Source: Pasteurella multocida
Lineage (GTDB): Bacteria > Pseudomonadota > Gammaproteobacteria > Enterobacterales > Pasteurellaceae
Direction: 5' to 3'
Length of the DNA: 32,000 bases
Assembly: GCF_900187275.1 (NCBI RefSeq)
Contig: NZ_LT906458.1
Location: 390,001-422,000, forward strand
The first letter of the stretch is position 1; every line of letters starts with the position of its first letter. The translations under genes were made by a program, and so were the position numbers. Of this stretch, positions 21,821-32,000 are shown one piece after another. Below the pieces are notes generated by a model, which ran no database searches, was not told where the DNA came from, and saw nothing but the letters and a program-made list of their open reading frames with translations.

Positions 21821-24094
21821 TTAGTTTAATTCTGCACGGAGTTTTTTGGTGACTTCCATCATCACTTCTAATTGAGCGATAGTTTCCGGCCAGCCACGGG
21901 TTTTTAAACCACAGTCTGGGTTCACCCATAAACGCTCTTTTGGTACTACATTTAATGCTTTACGTAATAAGCGTTCAATTTCTTCTGCTTTTGGCACACG
22001 TGGACTGTGAATATCATACACGCCCGGACCAATATCGTTTGGATATTTGAAATCACCGAAGGCGGTTAATAATTCCATATCTGAACGTGAGGTTTCAATG
22101 GTAATCACATCCGCATCTAAGCCCGCAATCGCAGGTAAGATGTCGTTAAACTCAGAGTAACACATGTGTGTGTGAATTTGCGTATCATCTTGTACACCCA
22201 TGTAGCTTAAACGGAAGGCTTCGCCTGCCCATTGTAAGTACGCATCCCAGTCTGCACGTTTCAGTGGTAAACCTTCACGGATCGCCGGTTCGTCAATTTG
22301 AATCACTTTGATGCCGGCTTTTTCTAAATCTAACACTTCATCGGACAGTGCCACACCGATTTGTTTACATACCGTTGAACGTGGAATGTCGTTACGTACA
22401 AATGACCATTGTAGAATCGTAACCGGTCCTGTCAGCATGCCTTTCATCACTTTGTTGGTGAGGCTTTGTGCATATTGTGACCAACGTACTGTCATTGGTT
22501 CTGGGCGTACGACATCACCGTAAATCACTGGTGGCTTCACGCAACGTGAACCGTAGCTTTGTACCCAACCGAATTTTGTGAAAGCGAAACCGTCGAGTAA
22601 CTCACCGAAGTATTCCACCATGTCGTTACGCTCTGCTTCACCGTGCACTAACACATCTAAATCCAGTTCTTCTTGGCGACGTACCACAAATTCGATTTCT
22701 TTCTTCATTGCCGCTTCATAATCTGCCACGCTAAGTTCGCCTTTCTTGAATTTCGCACGGGCTTGGCGAATTTCAACGGTTTGTGGGAAGGAACCGATAT
22801 TCGTGGTTGGTAATAACGGTAAATTTAACCACGCATTTTGTTTTGCAATACGTTCTGCAAAAGGCGATTTACGTTTGTCCGCATCCGTCGGCAAGTTTGC
22901 TAAACGTTCTGCCACTTCTGGACGATGAATTTCTTTGCTGTTTGCACGGGCGTCAGCAGCTGCTTGGCTTGCATCAAGTTCAGCTTGTACTGCGCCACGA
23001 CCTTGCTCAAGTGCGGTCTTAATGACACGCAATTCTTGCACTTTTTGTAAGGTAAAAGCTAACCAGCTGTATAGCTCCGGTTTATTCGCTTTTAATTGCG
23101 TTTCCACTTCTAAATCATACGGGGTGTGAAGCAGTGAACAACTTGGCGCAATCCATAGATTTTCACCGAATTTTGCTTTCAATGGTTCAACTACATCGAG
23201 TACTTGGTTTAAGTTGGCACGCCAAATGTTACGACCGTCAATGACACCAACAGAAAGCACTTTGTTGTAATCTTCAAAGGCAGCAAGCTGTGCAGGTGCA
23301 CGCACTAAATCAATGTGTAAACCATCGACTGGTAAATCTTTAAGCAGTGGCGCGTGTTCTGCAACAGAACCGAAATAAGTCGCTAGTAAGAGTTTTGCTT
23401 TTACTTTTTCTTTCAGTGTCGTATAAACAGCCTTGTAAGCTTCAATCCATTCTGTTGGTAGATCCACTGCTAAAGCCGGTTCATCAATTTGGATCCACTC
23501 TGCGCCTTCTGCCACTAAGGCATTGAGGATTTCTACATACACAGGTACGAGTTTTGCCAGTAATTCAAAGCGATTAAAGGCCTCGCCTTTTTCTTTACCT
23601 AACCAAAGGAACGTTAATGGTCCCACAAGAGTTGGTTTGAAATGTAAACCTAACGCTTTCGCTTCACGGATTTGTTGTACGTAATGTGCTGGGTTAGCTT
23701 TAAATTCGGTATTTTTAGTGAATTCTGGTACTAAATAGTGGTAGTTTGTATCAAACCATTTGGTCATTTCAATGGCAAATTGGGTTTGGTTACCGCGTGC
23801 AAGTTGGAAATATTCGCTTAAACTTAAGTTTTGGCTATCAAAACCGAAACGGGCTGGAATAGCGCCTGTTGCTACTTGCAGATCCAAAATATGATCGTAG
23901 AATGTGAAATCGGCGACTGCCACGAAGTCCGCATTGGCTGCTGCTTGGTGTTTCCAGTTAATTTCACGTAATTTTTGTGCAATCTCTAACAGATCCTGTT
24001 CGGCAATTTCGCCACGCCAATAACGCTCTTGGGCAAATTTTAGTTCACGTTTTGCACCCACACGCGGAAAGCCTGCTACATGAAATGTTGTCAT
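21821..24094 (-). CDS. metE: Cobalamin-independent methionine synthase
   Basis: 757 aa; N-term [26 protein letters not shown]-term motifs [21 protein letters not shown] and [11 protein letters not shown]. Confidence 0.97.
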   Translation of the reverse strand: MTTFHVAGFPRVGAKRELKFAQERYWRGEIAEQDLLEIAQKLREINWKHQAAANADFVAVADFTFYDHILDLQVATGAIPARFGFDSQNLSLSEYFQLARGNQTQFAIEMTKWFDTNYHYLVPEFTKNTEFKANPAHYVQQIREAKALGLHFKPTLVGPLTFLWLGKEKGEAFNRFELLAKLVPVYVEILNALVAEGAEWIQIDEPALAVDLPTEWIEAYKAVYTTLKEKVKAKLLLATYFGSVAEHAPLLKDLPVDGLHIDLVRAPAQLAAFEDYNKVLSVGVIDGRNIWRANLNQVLDVVEPLKAKFGENLWIAPSCSLLHTPYDLEVETQLKANKPELYSWLAFTLQKVQELRVIKTALEQGRGAVQAELDASQAAADARANSKEIHRPEVAERLANLPTDADKRKSPFAERIAKQNAWLNLPLLPTTNIGSFPQTVEIRQARAKFKKGELSVADYEAAMKKEIEFVVRRQEELDLDVLVHGEAERNDMVEYFGELLDGFAFTKFGWVQSYGSRCVKPPVIYGDVVRPEPMTVRWSQYAQSLTNKVMKGMLTGPVTILQWSFVRNDIPRSTVCKQIGVALSDEVLDLEKAGIKVIQIDEPAIREGLPLKRADWDAYLQWAGEAFRLSYMGVQDDTQIHTHMCYSEFNDILPAIAGLDADVITIETSRSDMELLTAFGDFKYPNDIGPGVYDIHSPRVPKAEEIERLLRKALNVVPKERLWVNPDCGLKTRGWPETIAQLEVMMEVTKKLRAELN

Positions 24095-24134
24095 AGTTAT
24101 ACCTCACTCAAATTGATGTTGTTATTCTCTGAAT

Positions 24135-24158
24135 AGACGGCTAAACGTCTGTATGGAT
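24135..24158. promoter_or_regulatory. Candidate MetJ operator (tandem 8-bp met boxes) upstream of metE
   Basis: AGACGGCT AAACGTCT GTATGGAT: three consecutive 8-mers, the first two matching AGACGTCT at 7/8 and 7/8. Confidence 0.65.
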
Positions 24159-24392
24159 ATAGAATGAAGGATTTTAGACCATTATGCAATATCATAATTT
24201 TCACAATAAACATGAAAATTTTTAATACACATAAAGACAGGTCAAGAGAGAAGAGCACATTGGGCTAACGCCTTGTTGTCGTTAGAAATTTTGATAAAAC
24301 TGAGCGCACTTTTATTTGCTTTTAGTGATCCAATAGCGATTTTGGTATATGATAACGTTCAATTCTTTCCCTTATTTCGATGAATCTTTTTA

Positions 24393-25319
24393 ATGAAACC
24401 TATTTTTTTAGAACTCCGTCATTTAAAAACGTTACTGGCGTTAAAAGAAACTGGCAGCGTGTCTTTAGCGGCAAAACGTGTGTATTTAACTCAGTCTGCG
24501 CTGTCACACCAGTTGAAATTACTGGAAGAACAATATGGGCTTCCTTTATTTGAACGCAAAACACAACCGTTACATTTTACTCCTGCGGGGGAAAGGTTGA
24601 TTCAGCTTGCTAATGAAATTTTGCCGAAAGTAGTAGAAGCGGAGCGCGATCTGGCTCGGGTGAAACAAGGGGAGGCAGGGGAGCTACGCATTGCGGTGGA
24701 ATGTCATACTTGCTTCGACTGGCTGATGCCAGCGATGGATTCCTTACGTCAAAATTGGCCTTTAGTGGAATTAGATATTGTCTCGGGCTTTCATACTGAT
24801 CCAGTGGGCTTATTATTAACGCACCGTGCCGATTGGGCGGTGGTATCTGAGATTGAAGAAACCGCAGGTATTATCCATAAGCCCTTGTTTTCTTATGAAA
24901 TGGTGGGATTGTGCGCCAAAGATCACCCTTTAGCAACGAAAGAGATTTGGGAACCTGAAGATTTTATTGATCAAACCTTGATTACTTACCCTGTCCCTGA
25001 TGATATGTTGGATTTATTACGCAAAGTATTACACCCGAATGGGATTAATCCTCTGCGCCGTACCAGTGAATTAACCATTGCGATTATTCAGCTGGTGGCA
25101 AGCAAACGTGGGATTGCAGCGTTGCCATTTTGGGCAGCCAAACCCTATTTAGATCGTGGCTATTTGGTGGCGCGTAAAATTACCAAACAAGGCTTATACA
25201 GTAATTTATATGCGGCAATTCGTGAAATTGATGCCAATGTAGCGTTTGTCGATGATTTTTATGAAACCGTAAAATCGCAAAGCTTCTCTACATTACCAGA
25301 TTTATTAATGCTGGAATGA
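24393..25319 (+). CDS. metR: LysR-type transcriptional activator MetR
   Basis: 308 aa LysR family; LRHLKTLLALKETGSVSLAAKRVYLTQSALSHQLKLLEEQYGLPLFERK; divergent from metE. Confidence 0.95.
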   Translation: MKPIFLELRHLKTLLALKETGSVSLAAKRVYLTQSALSHQLKLLEEQYGLPLFERKTQPLHFTPAGERLIQLANEILPKVVEAERDLARVKQGEAGELRIAVECHTCFDWLMPAMDSLRQNWPLVELDIVSGFHTDPVGLLLTHRADWAVVSEIEETAGIIHKPLFSYEMVGLCAKDHPLATKEIWEPEDFIDQTLITYPVPDDMLDLLRKVLHPNGINPLRRTSELTIAIIQLVASKRGIAALPFWAAKPYLDRGYLVARKITKQGLYSNLYAAIREIDANVAFVDDFYETVKSQSFSTLPDLLMLE

Positions 25320-25581
25320 TTTCCTGTTTACTCTTGCCAAGTCGCCAAAAGATGAATCTGTTATGTTATTTTGCGAGATAAGATTGTTGCTTTACTGTGC
25401 AATAAAAAAGCAAAATAGGTACCTTACGTCAGTCATGTGATGAGAGAATTTGATTAGTTAAAAAAAATAAATTGCTGGTATTTCTTGCAAACGTTTGCCT
25501 GTTTTTTGACCTCTTTTAGTTCATTAAAAAATATTTTATGATGCATTTTCCTGTTAAATAGACGATGTTTAAAGAGGTTAT

Positions 25582-25824
25582 ATGGAAGTTAATGCAGTTG
25601 AATTATTGGGCTATCTTGCTACATTTTTTGTCGCCATTTCATTTCTATTTAAATCCATTATTCATTTGAGAATAGTCAATAGTATTGGCGCATTTTTATT
25701 TGCTATTTATGGGCTGATTATTGTGTCTTACCCGGTAGCGCTACTCAACAGTTTTTTGTTGTGTGTAAATATCTATCAACTATGGCGCTTGAAAAAAGAA
25801 GGAGCAAACCTTCGTTCTTTATAA
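25582..25824 (+). CDS. Small membrane protein of unknown function
   Basis: 80 aa with three hydrophobic segments, an AGGTTAT Shine-Dalgarno region before ATG, and a terminator immediately downstream. Confidence 0.65.
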   Translation: MEVNAVELLGYLATFFVAISFLFKSIIHLRIVNSIGAFLFAIYGLIIVSYPVALLNSFLLCVNIYQLWRLKKEGANLRSL

Positions 25825-25830
25825 AAAAAT

Positions 25831-25853
25831 AAACCGCACTTCAATGTGCGGTT
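25831..25853. terminator. Terminator between the small membrane protein gene and ettA, probably bidirectional
   Basis: AAACCGCACttcaatGTGCGGTTT followed by GTTTTTTTG on the plus strand and preceded by an A-run (T-run on the minus strand). Confidence 0.85.
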
Positions 25854-25863
25854 TGTTTTTTTG

Positions 25864-27534
25864 TTATTTCGCAATACGTTTGTATTTCATACGGTGTGGT
25901 TGGGTGGCTTCTGCGCCAAAGGTTTTCTTCTTCCATTCCTCATAGTCAGAGAAGTTACCTTCGTAGAAGGTGACTTTCCCTTCATCACCGTAATCTAAAA
26001 TATGTGTGGCGATACGGTCTAAGAACCAACGGTCGTGCGAGATGACCATCGCGCAGCCCGGGAATTCTAAGATCGCATTTTCTAACGCACGTAATGTTTC
26101 TACGTCAAGATCGTTAGTTGGTTCGTCTAATAACAACACGTTACCGCCGGCTTGTAACAGTTTAGCAAGGTGTAAACGACCGCGTTCACCCCCAGACAAT
26201 TCGCCCACACGTTTTTGTTGATCGACACCTTTAAAGTTAAAGCGTCCCACATAAGCACGGCTTGGAATTTCAAAATTACCAATACGTAAAATATCTTGTC
26301 CGTTAGAGACTTCTTCCCACACGGTTTTTTTATCGTCCATCGCATCACGGAACTGATCTACCGAAGCCAATACCACGGTTTCCCCTAAGGTAATCGTGCC
26401 TGAGTCTGGTTGTTCTTGACCGGATAGCATACGGAATAAAGTGGATTTACCCGCACCGTTTGGACCGATAATCCCCACGATTGCCCCCTTTGGAATGCTA
26501 AAGGAAAGATTGTCAATTAAGGTGCGATCGCCGTAAGTTTTAGTGAGGTTTTGTACCTCGATCACTTTATCCCCTAAACGTGGACCCGGTGGAATAAAGA
26601 GTTCGTTCGTTTCGTTACGTTTTTGATATTCACCATTGTTTAATTCTTCAAAACGTGCCATACGCGCTTTACTTTTCGCTTGGCGACCTTTTGGATTTTG
26701 GCGTACCCATTCTAATTCTTTTTCAATGGATTTTTGACGAGCAGACTCTGCCGCTTGTTCTTGGGCTAAACGTTTTTCTTTTTGTTCTAACCAAGAAGAG
26801 TAGTTACCTTCCCAAGGAATCCCTTCACCACGGTCAAGTTCTAAGATCCAGCCTGCCACGTTATCTAAGAAGTAACGGTCGTGAGTAATTGCCACTACGG
26901 TGCCTTCATAGTCATGTAAGAAACGTTCTAACCACGCCACTGATTCTGCATCTAAGTGGTTGGTTGGCTCGTCTAATAACAACATATCCGGTTTTTCGAG
27001 TAATAAACGGCACAGTGCCACACGGCGACGTTCACCCCCTGATAAATGCTCAATTTTGGCATCCCATTCTGGTAAGCGTAAGGCATCTGCCGCACGTTCG
27101 AGTTGGTTATCGAGATTATGACCGTCATGTGCTTGGATAATCGCTTCTAATTCAGCTTGTTCTGCAGCTAGTTTGTCGAAATCCGCATCAGGATCGGCAT
27201 AAAGGGCATATACTTCATCTAAACGCGTGAGCGCATTTTTCACCTCGCCAACAGCTTCTTCAATGGCTTCTCGCACGGTTTGTTGTGGATCGAGTTTAGG
27301 TTCTTGTGGTAAATAACCGATTTTGATCCCCGGTTGTGGACGCGCTTCCCCTTCGATTTCTTTATCGATGCCTGCCATAATGCGTAATAAAGTGGATTTA
27401 CCCGCACCATTCAGACCTAGTACGCCGATTTTTGCACCCGGGAAAAAGCTCAAGGAAATATCTTTTAGAATATGACGCTTTGGTGGTACGATTTTGCCCA
27501 CGCGATGCATCGTATAAACAAATTGTGATGACAT
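25864..27534 (-). CDS. ettA: Energy-dependent translational throttle protein, ABC-F family ATPase
   Basis: 556 aa; two ABC cassettes (GLNGAGKSTLLRIMAG, LSGGERRRVALCRLL; GPNGAGKSTLFRMLSG, LSGGERGRLHLAKLL), N-term MSSQFVYTMHRVGKIVPPKRHILKDISLSFFPGAKIGVLG typical of EttA. Confidence 0.96.
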   Translation of the reverse strand: MSSQFVYTMHRVGKIVPPKRHILKDISLSFFPGAKIGVLGLNGAGKSTLLRIMAGIDKEIEGEARPQPGIKIGYLPQEPKLDPQQTVREAIEEAVGEVKNALTRLDEVYALYADPDADFDKLAAEQAELEAIIQAHDGHNLDNQLERAADALRLPEWDAKIEHLSGGERRRVALCRLLLEKPDMLLLDEPTNHLDAESVAWLERFLHDYEGTVVAITHDRYFLDNVAGWILELDRGEGIPWEGNYSSWLEQKEKRLAQEQAAESARQKSIEKELEWVRQNPKGRQAKSKARMARFEELNNGEYQKRNETNELFIPPGPRLGDKVIEVQNLTKTYGDRTLIDNLSFSIPKGAIVGIIGPNGAGKSTLFRMLSGQEQPDSGTITLGETVVLASVDQFRDAMDDKKTVWEEVSNGQDILRIGNFEIPSRAYVGRFNFKGVDQQKRVGELSGGERGRLHLAKLLQAGGNVLLLDEPTNDLDVETLRALENAILEFPGCAMVISHDRWFLDRIATHILDYGDEGKVTFYEGNFSDYEEWKKKTFGAEATQPHRMKYKRIAK

Positions 27535-27769
27535 AATTTCTCTCGTTATGCGATAAATAAAAAAGTGCGGTTATTTTACTTGAAATTTGGTAGATTAGCT
27601 AACTAACAAGTAAAAAAATACGCCGAGTGAGTTTGACGTAAAGTGGCGGCTCTTAGGACGACGGTCAGCTAACAAGTCGTGATTGGCTAAATATTCTCGC
27701 ACGGTCGTCGCCACTAAACAGCCACCAAAGCAAAAAAAAAAGAAGCGGAAATGGCATAACCTATTGAAA

Positions 27770-27800
27770 AAAACAAAAAAAACCCTCCGAAGTGGAGGGT
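27770..27800 (-). terminator. Rho-independent terminator on the minus strand, upstream of ettA
   Basis: Minus strand ACCCTCC-ACTTC-GGAGGGT followed by TTTTTTTGTTTTTTTC. Confidence 0.75.
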
Positions 27801-28092
27801 AGGAAAGTAGTTTAGCTATTTATGATTATTTTATTTAGGAACTTTATGAATATCAAGCAATCACTTGACGCTGCTTATTTTACATAAATTTACATTGAAG
27901 AGAAACAATTTTTACATTATTTTTGAAGTAAATCACAAAAAAAAACAAAAATGCACATTTTTCACTCTATTTGGAAGCGGTTTAGTCAGAAAATTGAGCT
28001 ATTATTTCACTTTGATTATGATTTAAGCACATCTACGTGACCTTGCCTGCTATAAAATGGACAAAAGTATTTTTAAGATTAAGGTTATTAAA

Positions 28093-28734
28093 ATGAAAAC
28101 GTTTTCTCGCTCTGTTTTGGGGATAGTATGCTTGCTCTTTTCGGTCGCAGCGTCAACGCATCCGCATGCGTTTATTGATATGAAAACCAAAATACTGGTA
28201 CAAGAGCAACAACTTATTGGGTTTTCGATGGAATGGACGCTAGATGAAGCGAGCTCTGCGACGGTGCTTTATGATATGCGTCAAACACGAGGGGACAAAC
28301 AAGCGTTACAGGCGTTAGTGGAAGAAGTGATGGGCAACATTGTACATGAACATTATTTTAGTTATCTCTACGATAAAGCTGGAAAGAAAATAAAATACCG
28401 CTCAAAACCGCAGAACTATGGCATGAAATCAAATCAGAATCAGGTGCAATATTATTTTGATTTCTTGTTATCGCAACCGAGAACCTTAGCAAAGGATGAA
28501 TTGACTTTGCTGACCTACGATCCGACCTATTATGTGGCAATGTATTATAATCAAGAAAATCAAAGTGCGCTTGATTTTTCAGCGCTTCCAGCACATTGTC
28601 AAGGGCGTGTGATTGAGCCACAAGTCGATGCTAAAATTCGTGAATATGCCAGTTCGTTGGATCAAACACAACGTAATGAAGACGATTCCTTAGGGGTTAT
28701 TTTTGCACAAAAAGTGATGTTAATATGCGAATAG
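28093..28734 (+). CDS. DUF1007 family periplasmic protein, associated with nickel/cobalt transport
   Basis: Signal peptide MKTFSRSVLGIVCLLFSVAASTHPHAFIDMKT; overlaps the downstream NicO-type gene. Preferred start 28093 rather than 28057 based on the upstream AAGG and signal peptide. Confidence 0.82.
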   Translation: MKTFSRSVLGIVCLLFSVAASTHPHAFIDMKTKILVQEQQLIGFSMEWTLDEASSATVLYDMRQTRGDKQALQALVEEVMGNIVHEHYFSYLYDKAGKKIKYRSKPQNYGMKSNQNQVQYYFDFLLSQPRTLAKDELTLLTYDPTYYVAMYYNQENQSALDFSALPAHCQGRVIEPQVDAKIREYASSLDQTQRNEDDSLGVIFAQKVMLICE

Positions 28735-29732
28735 TGTTTCCTGTCAAATATGTTGTTCTTTTGCTACTACTTGGTATTGGCGCGTATTTTTTATTTCCCT
28801 ATTTATTTTTTAAGATTGCCCTTTGGCAACGTGATATTAATCAGTTAATGTCTGATTATTTACATCAAATTCAAACGGATAAAACCCATGCGGGCATGTG
28901 GTTAATCGCGATAAGTTTTTTATATGGCGTGTTTCATGCTATCGGTCCGGGGCATGGCAAGTTTATTATTGCGACCTATTTATCTACTCACCAAACGCAG
29001 CTCAAAACGAGCATGAAACTCACGTTTTTGTCCTCGCTTGTTCAGGGGAGCGTTGCGGTGTGTTTGACGTCATTCGTTGTAGTCATACTGAACCTGTCTT
29101 CTGTGTATTTTAAGTTAAGTCAGCTCTGGTTAGAACGTATCGCTTTTTTGTTATTGTTATGTTTAGGTATTACATGGTGTTATCAAAATGGGCGAAAATT
29201 ATATCTCGATTATGTGAAAACACGGCAAAACTCACCACTAAAAATTTATACCCTTCAGTTTGATCATTCACCCAGCAAAATAGGACAACCTCGCGTTGAA
29301 CAAATACATACTCATTCAATTGCTTGTGGTTGTGGTCATCAGCATGCGCCCAATCCATCACAGTTAACACAAGCACGAGACTGGAAATCTCAGCTTTTAG
29401 TGATTTTCAGCATTGGCATGCGCCCTTGCTCTGGGGCAATTTTTATTTTGTTTTTAGCCTATATGCTTGATCTGTATTTTTGGGGAATTATCGCAACTTT
29501 TGCGATGGCAGTGGGGACAGGAATGACGTTATCGGGGTTTGCGCTCATAGTCCTTTATGCACGAAATACAGCGATGAAGGTCGGCAAGTGGTATCAATTT
29601 TCACCAACAGTACAACAACGTTGGGGAAGATTATTGAAACTCGTTGCGGGGATACTACTGATCTTTTTTGCAACGAGTTTATTATATGGTACGACGATAG
29701 CTGTGCGTGGGGGGGCTGCGCTCTTTGGATAG
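28725..29732 (+). CDS. NicO/RcnA-type nickel/cobalt transporter
   Basis: 335 aa; HAIGPGHGKFIIATYL signature, His-rich loop HTHSIACGCGHQH and GMRPCSGAIFI motif. Confidence 0.9.
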   Translation: MRIVFPVKYVVLLLLLGIGAYFLFPYLFFKIALWQRDINQLMSDYLHQIQTDKTHAGMWLIAISFLYGVFHAIGPGHGKFIIATYLSTHQTQLKTSMKLTFLSSLVQGSVAVCLTSFVVVILNLSSVYFKLSQLWLERIAFLLLLCLGITWCYQNGRKLYLDYVKTRQNSPLKIYTLQFDHSPSKIGQPRVEQIHTHSIACGCGHQHAPNPSQLTQARDWKSQLLVIFSIGMRPCSGAIFILFLAYMLDLYFWGIIATFAMAVGTGMTLSGFALIVLYARNTAMKVGKWYQFSPTVQQRWGRLLKLVAGILLIFFATSLLYGTTIAVRGGAALFG

Positions 29733-30701
29733 TTAGAGCGCAGTTTGAATTAAGAATAACGTATAGCCGATGTAGCTGCTGAGAAATAAGAATCCTGTTA
29801 AGCGCCCAATTTGGCTTCGTTTTTTGTAAGCAATAAAGCCTAAAATAAAGAGGGCGAGCGTTAATGAGAGCATAACTAGCATGTCACGCGAGAGTACCTC
29901 ATGTTCGGCTTGAATTGGCATGATTACACCAGCCAGTCCCACAACCGCCAGGGTGTTGTATAAGTTTGAGCCAATAATATTGCCGACCGCTAAATCCACT
30001 TCGCCTTTGCGTGCGGCGGCAATTGAGGCGGCAACTTCGGGCAGAGATGTTCCAATAGCCACTACGGTTAATCCAATCACTAAATCACTGACACCCAGAT
30101 AATGAGCAATTTTTACTGCTCCCCAAATAAGTAACTGCGAACTGACCATCAGTAAAGCTAAGCCCACAATGAGCCAAAATAAGGCAGCTTTAAAAGAAAG
30201 ACAGGTTTCATGCTTATCTTCTTCATAATTTGCTTGAACAGATGCACGCTGTTTTTTACTTGACCAAATTGTCCAAACTACATAACCAATAAAAAGAGCT
30301 AATAGCACGATGGCTTCTAAGCGAGCTATGCGCATATCGAATAGGAAATAAGCGGAGAGAACAGTAACTATCAATAAAATAGGCAATTCTTTTTTGATCA
30401 CACTGCCATGTACTGTTAAAGGCTTGATCAACGCGGTTAAACCAAGAATCAGGGCAATATTAGTAATATTGGAACCATAAGCATTGCCTAAAGCAATCCC
30501 CGGACTGCCATTTAAAGCGGATAAGGCTGAAACCACCATTTCTGGCATTGAAGTACCAAAACCGATAATCAAAATACCAATTAACAGTGGCGACATACCA
30601 AGATAACGTGCTAATGCCGCAGCACCATCCACGAAACGATCGGCACTCCATACCAAAATAATCAACCCAACGAGAATCGCGAGTGAGGCTTCTAATAACA
30701 T
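29733..30701 (-). CDS. Calcium/sodium antiporter, YrbG-like CaCA family
   Basis: Two alpha repeats: GFGTSMPEMVVSALSALNGSPGIALGNAYGSNITNIALILG and AIGTSLPEVAASIAAARKGEVDLAVGNIIGSNLYNTLAVVG. Start placed at MLLEASLAIL (30701). Confidence 0.92.
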   Translation of the reverse strand: MLLEASLAILVGLIILVWSADRFVDGAAALARYLGMSPLLIGILIIGFGTSMPEMVVSALSALNGSPGIALGNAYGSNITNIALILGLTALIKPLTVHGSVIKKELPILLIVTVLSAYFLFDMRIARLEAIVLLALFIGYVVWTIWSSKKQRASVQANYEEDKHETCLSFKAALFWLIVGLALLMVSSQLLIWGAVKIAHYLGVSDLVIGLTVVAIGTSLPEVAASIAAARKGEVDLAVGNIIGSNLYNTLAVVGLAGVIMPIQAEHEVLSRDMLVMLSLTLALFILGFIAYKKRSQIGRLTGFLFLSSYIGYTLFLIQTAL

Positions 30702-30888
30702 CTGAAATCCTATAAACAAATAAGAAGGAAAGAATATGGTCGCGTATAATATATGCAAAAATCAGGAAAGAGAAGAGCGCAAAAGAAAAAATAAAAGCCC
30801 ATAAGGAGGATATGGGCTTAAAATCTTTTGGTTAAAAAATGAAACTTTTATAAAAGGAGACAAATAAAAGCTCACCAAAAGAAAAAGT

Positions 30889-30964
30889 TGGCTCCTCCTG
30901 CTGGACTTGAACCAGCGACATACGGATTAACAGTCCGCCGTTCTACCGACTGAACTAAGGAGGA
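30889..30964 (-). tRNA. tRNA-Asn (anticodon GTT)
   Basis: Minus strand TCCTCCTTAGTTCAGTCGGTAGAACGGCGGACTGTTAATCCGTATGTCGCTGGTTCAAGTCCAGCAGGAGGAGCCA; 7-bp acceptor stem and encoded CCA, 76 nt. Confidence 0.97.
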
Positions 30965-31362
30965 AAAATTCTGTATCACAAGGAATTTAGGTCGCGTATG
31001 ATAATGTGCTTGATCTGTCTTGTCAACCTTAAAAAAGCAAAAAAATTTTCTTTTTTACAACTTATTTTTATATCCACAGCGCCTGTGGATAAGTCTGTGA
31101 ATGTTTATTAAAAAAAATCGCTAAAGCTAGAGAATAACTGGTATGATCGGACTTCGTTATACAATTGGTTGTAAAATGACATTTCTTTATTTTTCAATTA
31201 GTTAATAAAAATCCATAAAAAAATAGGAAATTTTTTTTAAATTTGAGAAGTTTGAATCTTGACAAATATAACTCTGTGTAAAACTTACATTTTTTAAATC
31301 CAAAACTGTTACAAAATTGTGATAAAATTGACCGCACTTTGAATAGAATTGAGTATAAGACT

Positions 31363-32000
31363 ATGGCGTATAAAATGCATACTAAATCATTTATTTTGCA
31401 TTCGGATTTTTCTCCTTCTGGTGATCAACCGCAAGCAATTACGCAGCTGATTGAGGGGCTTGAAAATGGGCTTGCTCATCAAACCTTGTTAGGGGTAACA
31501 GGGTCGGGTAAGACCTTTACGATTGCTAATGTGATTGCAAAATTAAATCGTCCCGCTATGGTACTTGCCCCGAATAAAACCCTCGCAGCACAGCTTTATG
31601 CTGAAATGAAAGCATTTTTTCCAGAAAATGCAGTTGAATATTTCGTATCTTACTATGATTACTATCAGCCAGAAGCTTATGTGCCAAGTAGCGATACTTT
31701 TATTGAGAAAGATGCGTCGATTAATGATCAAATCGAACAAATGCGCTTATCTGCCACTAAATCGTTTTTAGAGCGTCGAGATACTATTGTGGTTGCCTCG
31801 GTATCCGCCATTTATGGTTTAGGCGATCCAGATTCTTATTTAAAAATGATGCTCCATTTACAAACAGGTGCGATTATTAATCAACGTCAAATCTTAGCGC
31901 AATTGGCTGAATTGCAGTACACACGCAATGATCAGGCGTTTGAGCGTGGTACCTTTCGTGTGCGCGGTGAAATCATTGATATTTTCCCCGCAGAATCTGA
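31363..32000 (+). CDS. uvrB: Excinuclease ABC subunit B, 3' end cut off by the window edge
   Basis: [87 protein letters not shown]...; open to the window end. Confidence 0.97.
   Translation, partial: MAYKMHTKSFILHSDFSPSGDQPQAITQLIEGLENGLAHQTLLGVTGSGKTFTIANVIAKLNRPAMVLAPNKTLAAQLYAEMKAFFPENAVEYFVSYYDYYQPEAYVPSSDTFIEKDASINDQIEQMRLSATKSFLERRDTIVVASVSAIYGLGDPDSYLKMMLHLQTGAIINQRQILAQLAELQYTRNDQAFERGTFRVRGEIIDIFPAES

Noticed and set aside
21489-21929. 146 aa minus-strand ORF overlapping the YdjM-like and metE genes
   Set aside because: Overlaps the ends of two well-supported genes and lacks any recognisable domain.
29480-29782. 100 aa ORF overlapping the NicO gene in another frame
   Set aside because: Fully contained mostly in a conserved transporter gene, with a Ser/Cys-rich nonsense-like C-terminus.
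31271-31320. Possible LexA box upstream of uvrB (CTGTGTAAAACTTACA and neighbouring CTGTTACAAAATTGTG)
   Set aside because: Neither has an ACAG second half at the correct 8-nt spacing; SOS control of uvrB is plausible but not supported by an exact site here.
31543-31740. 65 aa minus-strand ORF inside uvrB
   Set aside because: Antisense to strongly conserved uvrB coding sequence; no independent support.

Overview
The window looks like a chromosomal segment of Pasteurella multocida or a very close Pasteurellaceae relative. The basis is near-complete recollection-level similarity of the 14331-16286 protein to P. multocida heparosan synthase 2, plus frequent AAGTGCGGT uptake-signal 9-mers. Most of it is ordinary core genome: a metal ABC transporter binding protein (partial), tusE, a YccA/Bax-inhibitor-like protein, tRNA-Ser(TGA), a selenocysteine-containing formate dehydrogenase operon (fdnG/H/I-like plus fdhE) with divergent fdhD, uvrD, dnaB-alr, pgi, a YdjM-like membrane protein, metE/metR, ettA, a DUF1007 plus NicO nickel/cobalt gene pair, a Na+/Ca2+ exchanger, tRNA-Asn(GTT) and the start of uvrB. 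The accessory-looking parts are (a) the alr-pgi interval, with an orphan two-domain heparosan synthase, a small membrane ORF and a tRNA 3'-end-like fragment, and (b) a divergent Mu-like repressor / Ner-like pair at 19053-20149 with repeated operator-like motifs and no transposase or structural genes. I found no convincing wholly new multi-gene system. The best follow-ups are the orphan Mu-like switch, the orphan glycosyltransferase locus, the tRNA-like scar and a few unexplained intergenic hairpins.
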